NCBI RefSeq assembly: GCF_006345805.1
Contig: NW_021831868.1
Location: forward strand, 606 to 64,605
Reading direction: 5' to 3'
DNA length: 64,000 nt
Origin: Octopus sinensis
Taxonomy: Eukaryota
Each line of letters starts with the position of its first letter. The first letter of the stretch is position 1. The notes under the pieces are model-generated. The model was not told the DNA's origin and did not search any database. It saw only the letters and a list, made by a program, of their open reading frames with translations. The translations under genes and the position numbers were made by a program. This document shows positions 63,665 through 64,000 of the stretch, piece after piece.

Positions 63665-64000
63665 CTTAAATGCGGATTTTGTTAACCCGACAAAAGACGG
63701 GGTGTTTTTTAGTTCCCACATATAACGGCCTGATAAAGTTACAAGGGACACACCTCACTGTTACAGCAACCTAGTTTTGCTTATTTTGTTTGGTCTTATT
63801 TTGAAATACCGTGTAGAAATGCAACACAATCGAAACTGTTATGAAATATATACTGGCTTGAAATATATACGGCGGATTAAACCAGAAAGATCTTCATTTT
63901 CACTTTTATATCGTGACATATTTTGAAATACCATGTAGTAACGCAACGCAATCAAAAGTGTTATGAAGTATATACTGGCTTTCATTTTGTTCCTATTGCA

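Overview
Eukaryotic, AT-rich, repeat-dominated DNA with no recognisable intact gene. It is probably a large intron or intergenic region of an octopod cephalopod (inferred from the SINE repertoire, not proven). Much of the window is di-, tri- and tetranucleotide microsatellite, which explains almost every ORF in the six-frame track. The rest is at least five tRNA-headed SINE families (labelled A-E here), an unclassified retroposon (F), decayed LINE fragments (RLE/R4-Dong-like, CR1/L2-like, and a non-coding LINE-like 3' end), two Helitron-like non-autonomous elements, mariner and pogo-like remnants, MITEs, and two recent microsatellite-bounded tandem duplications (about 1.27 kb and 0.6 kb). Most interesting: (1) several minimal type-I hammerhead ribozyme motifs with different stems but the same pairing, including a tRNA-headed SINE that appears to carry one; (2) SINE A occurs as TSD-flanked multimers with a shared junction, and its tail matches a LINE-like 3' end in the window; (3) SINE heads and tails are shuffled in a modular way, including a TSD-flanked chimera; (4) a five-copy ACGTCAC array at exact 11-bp spacing. 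Coordinates were counted by eye and repeat boundaries are approximate. No database search was run.
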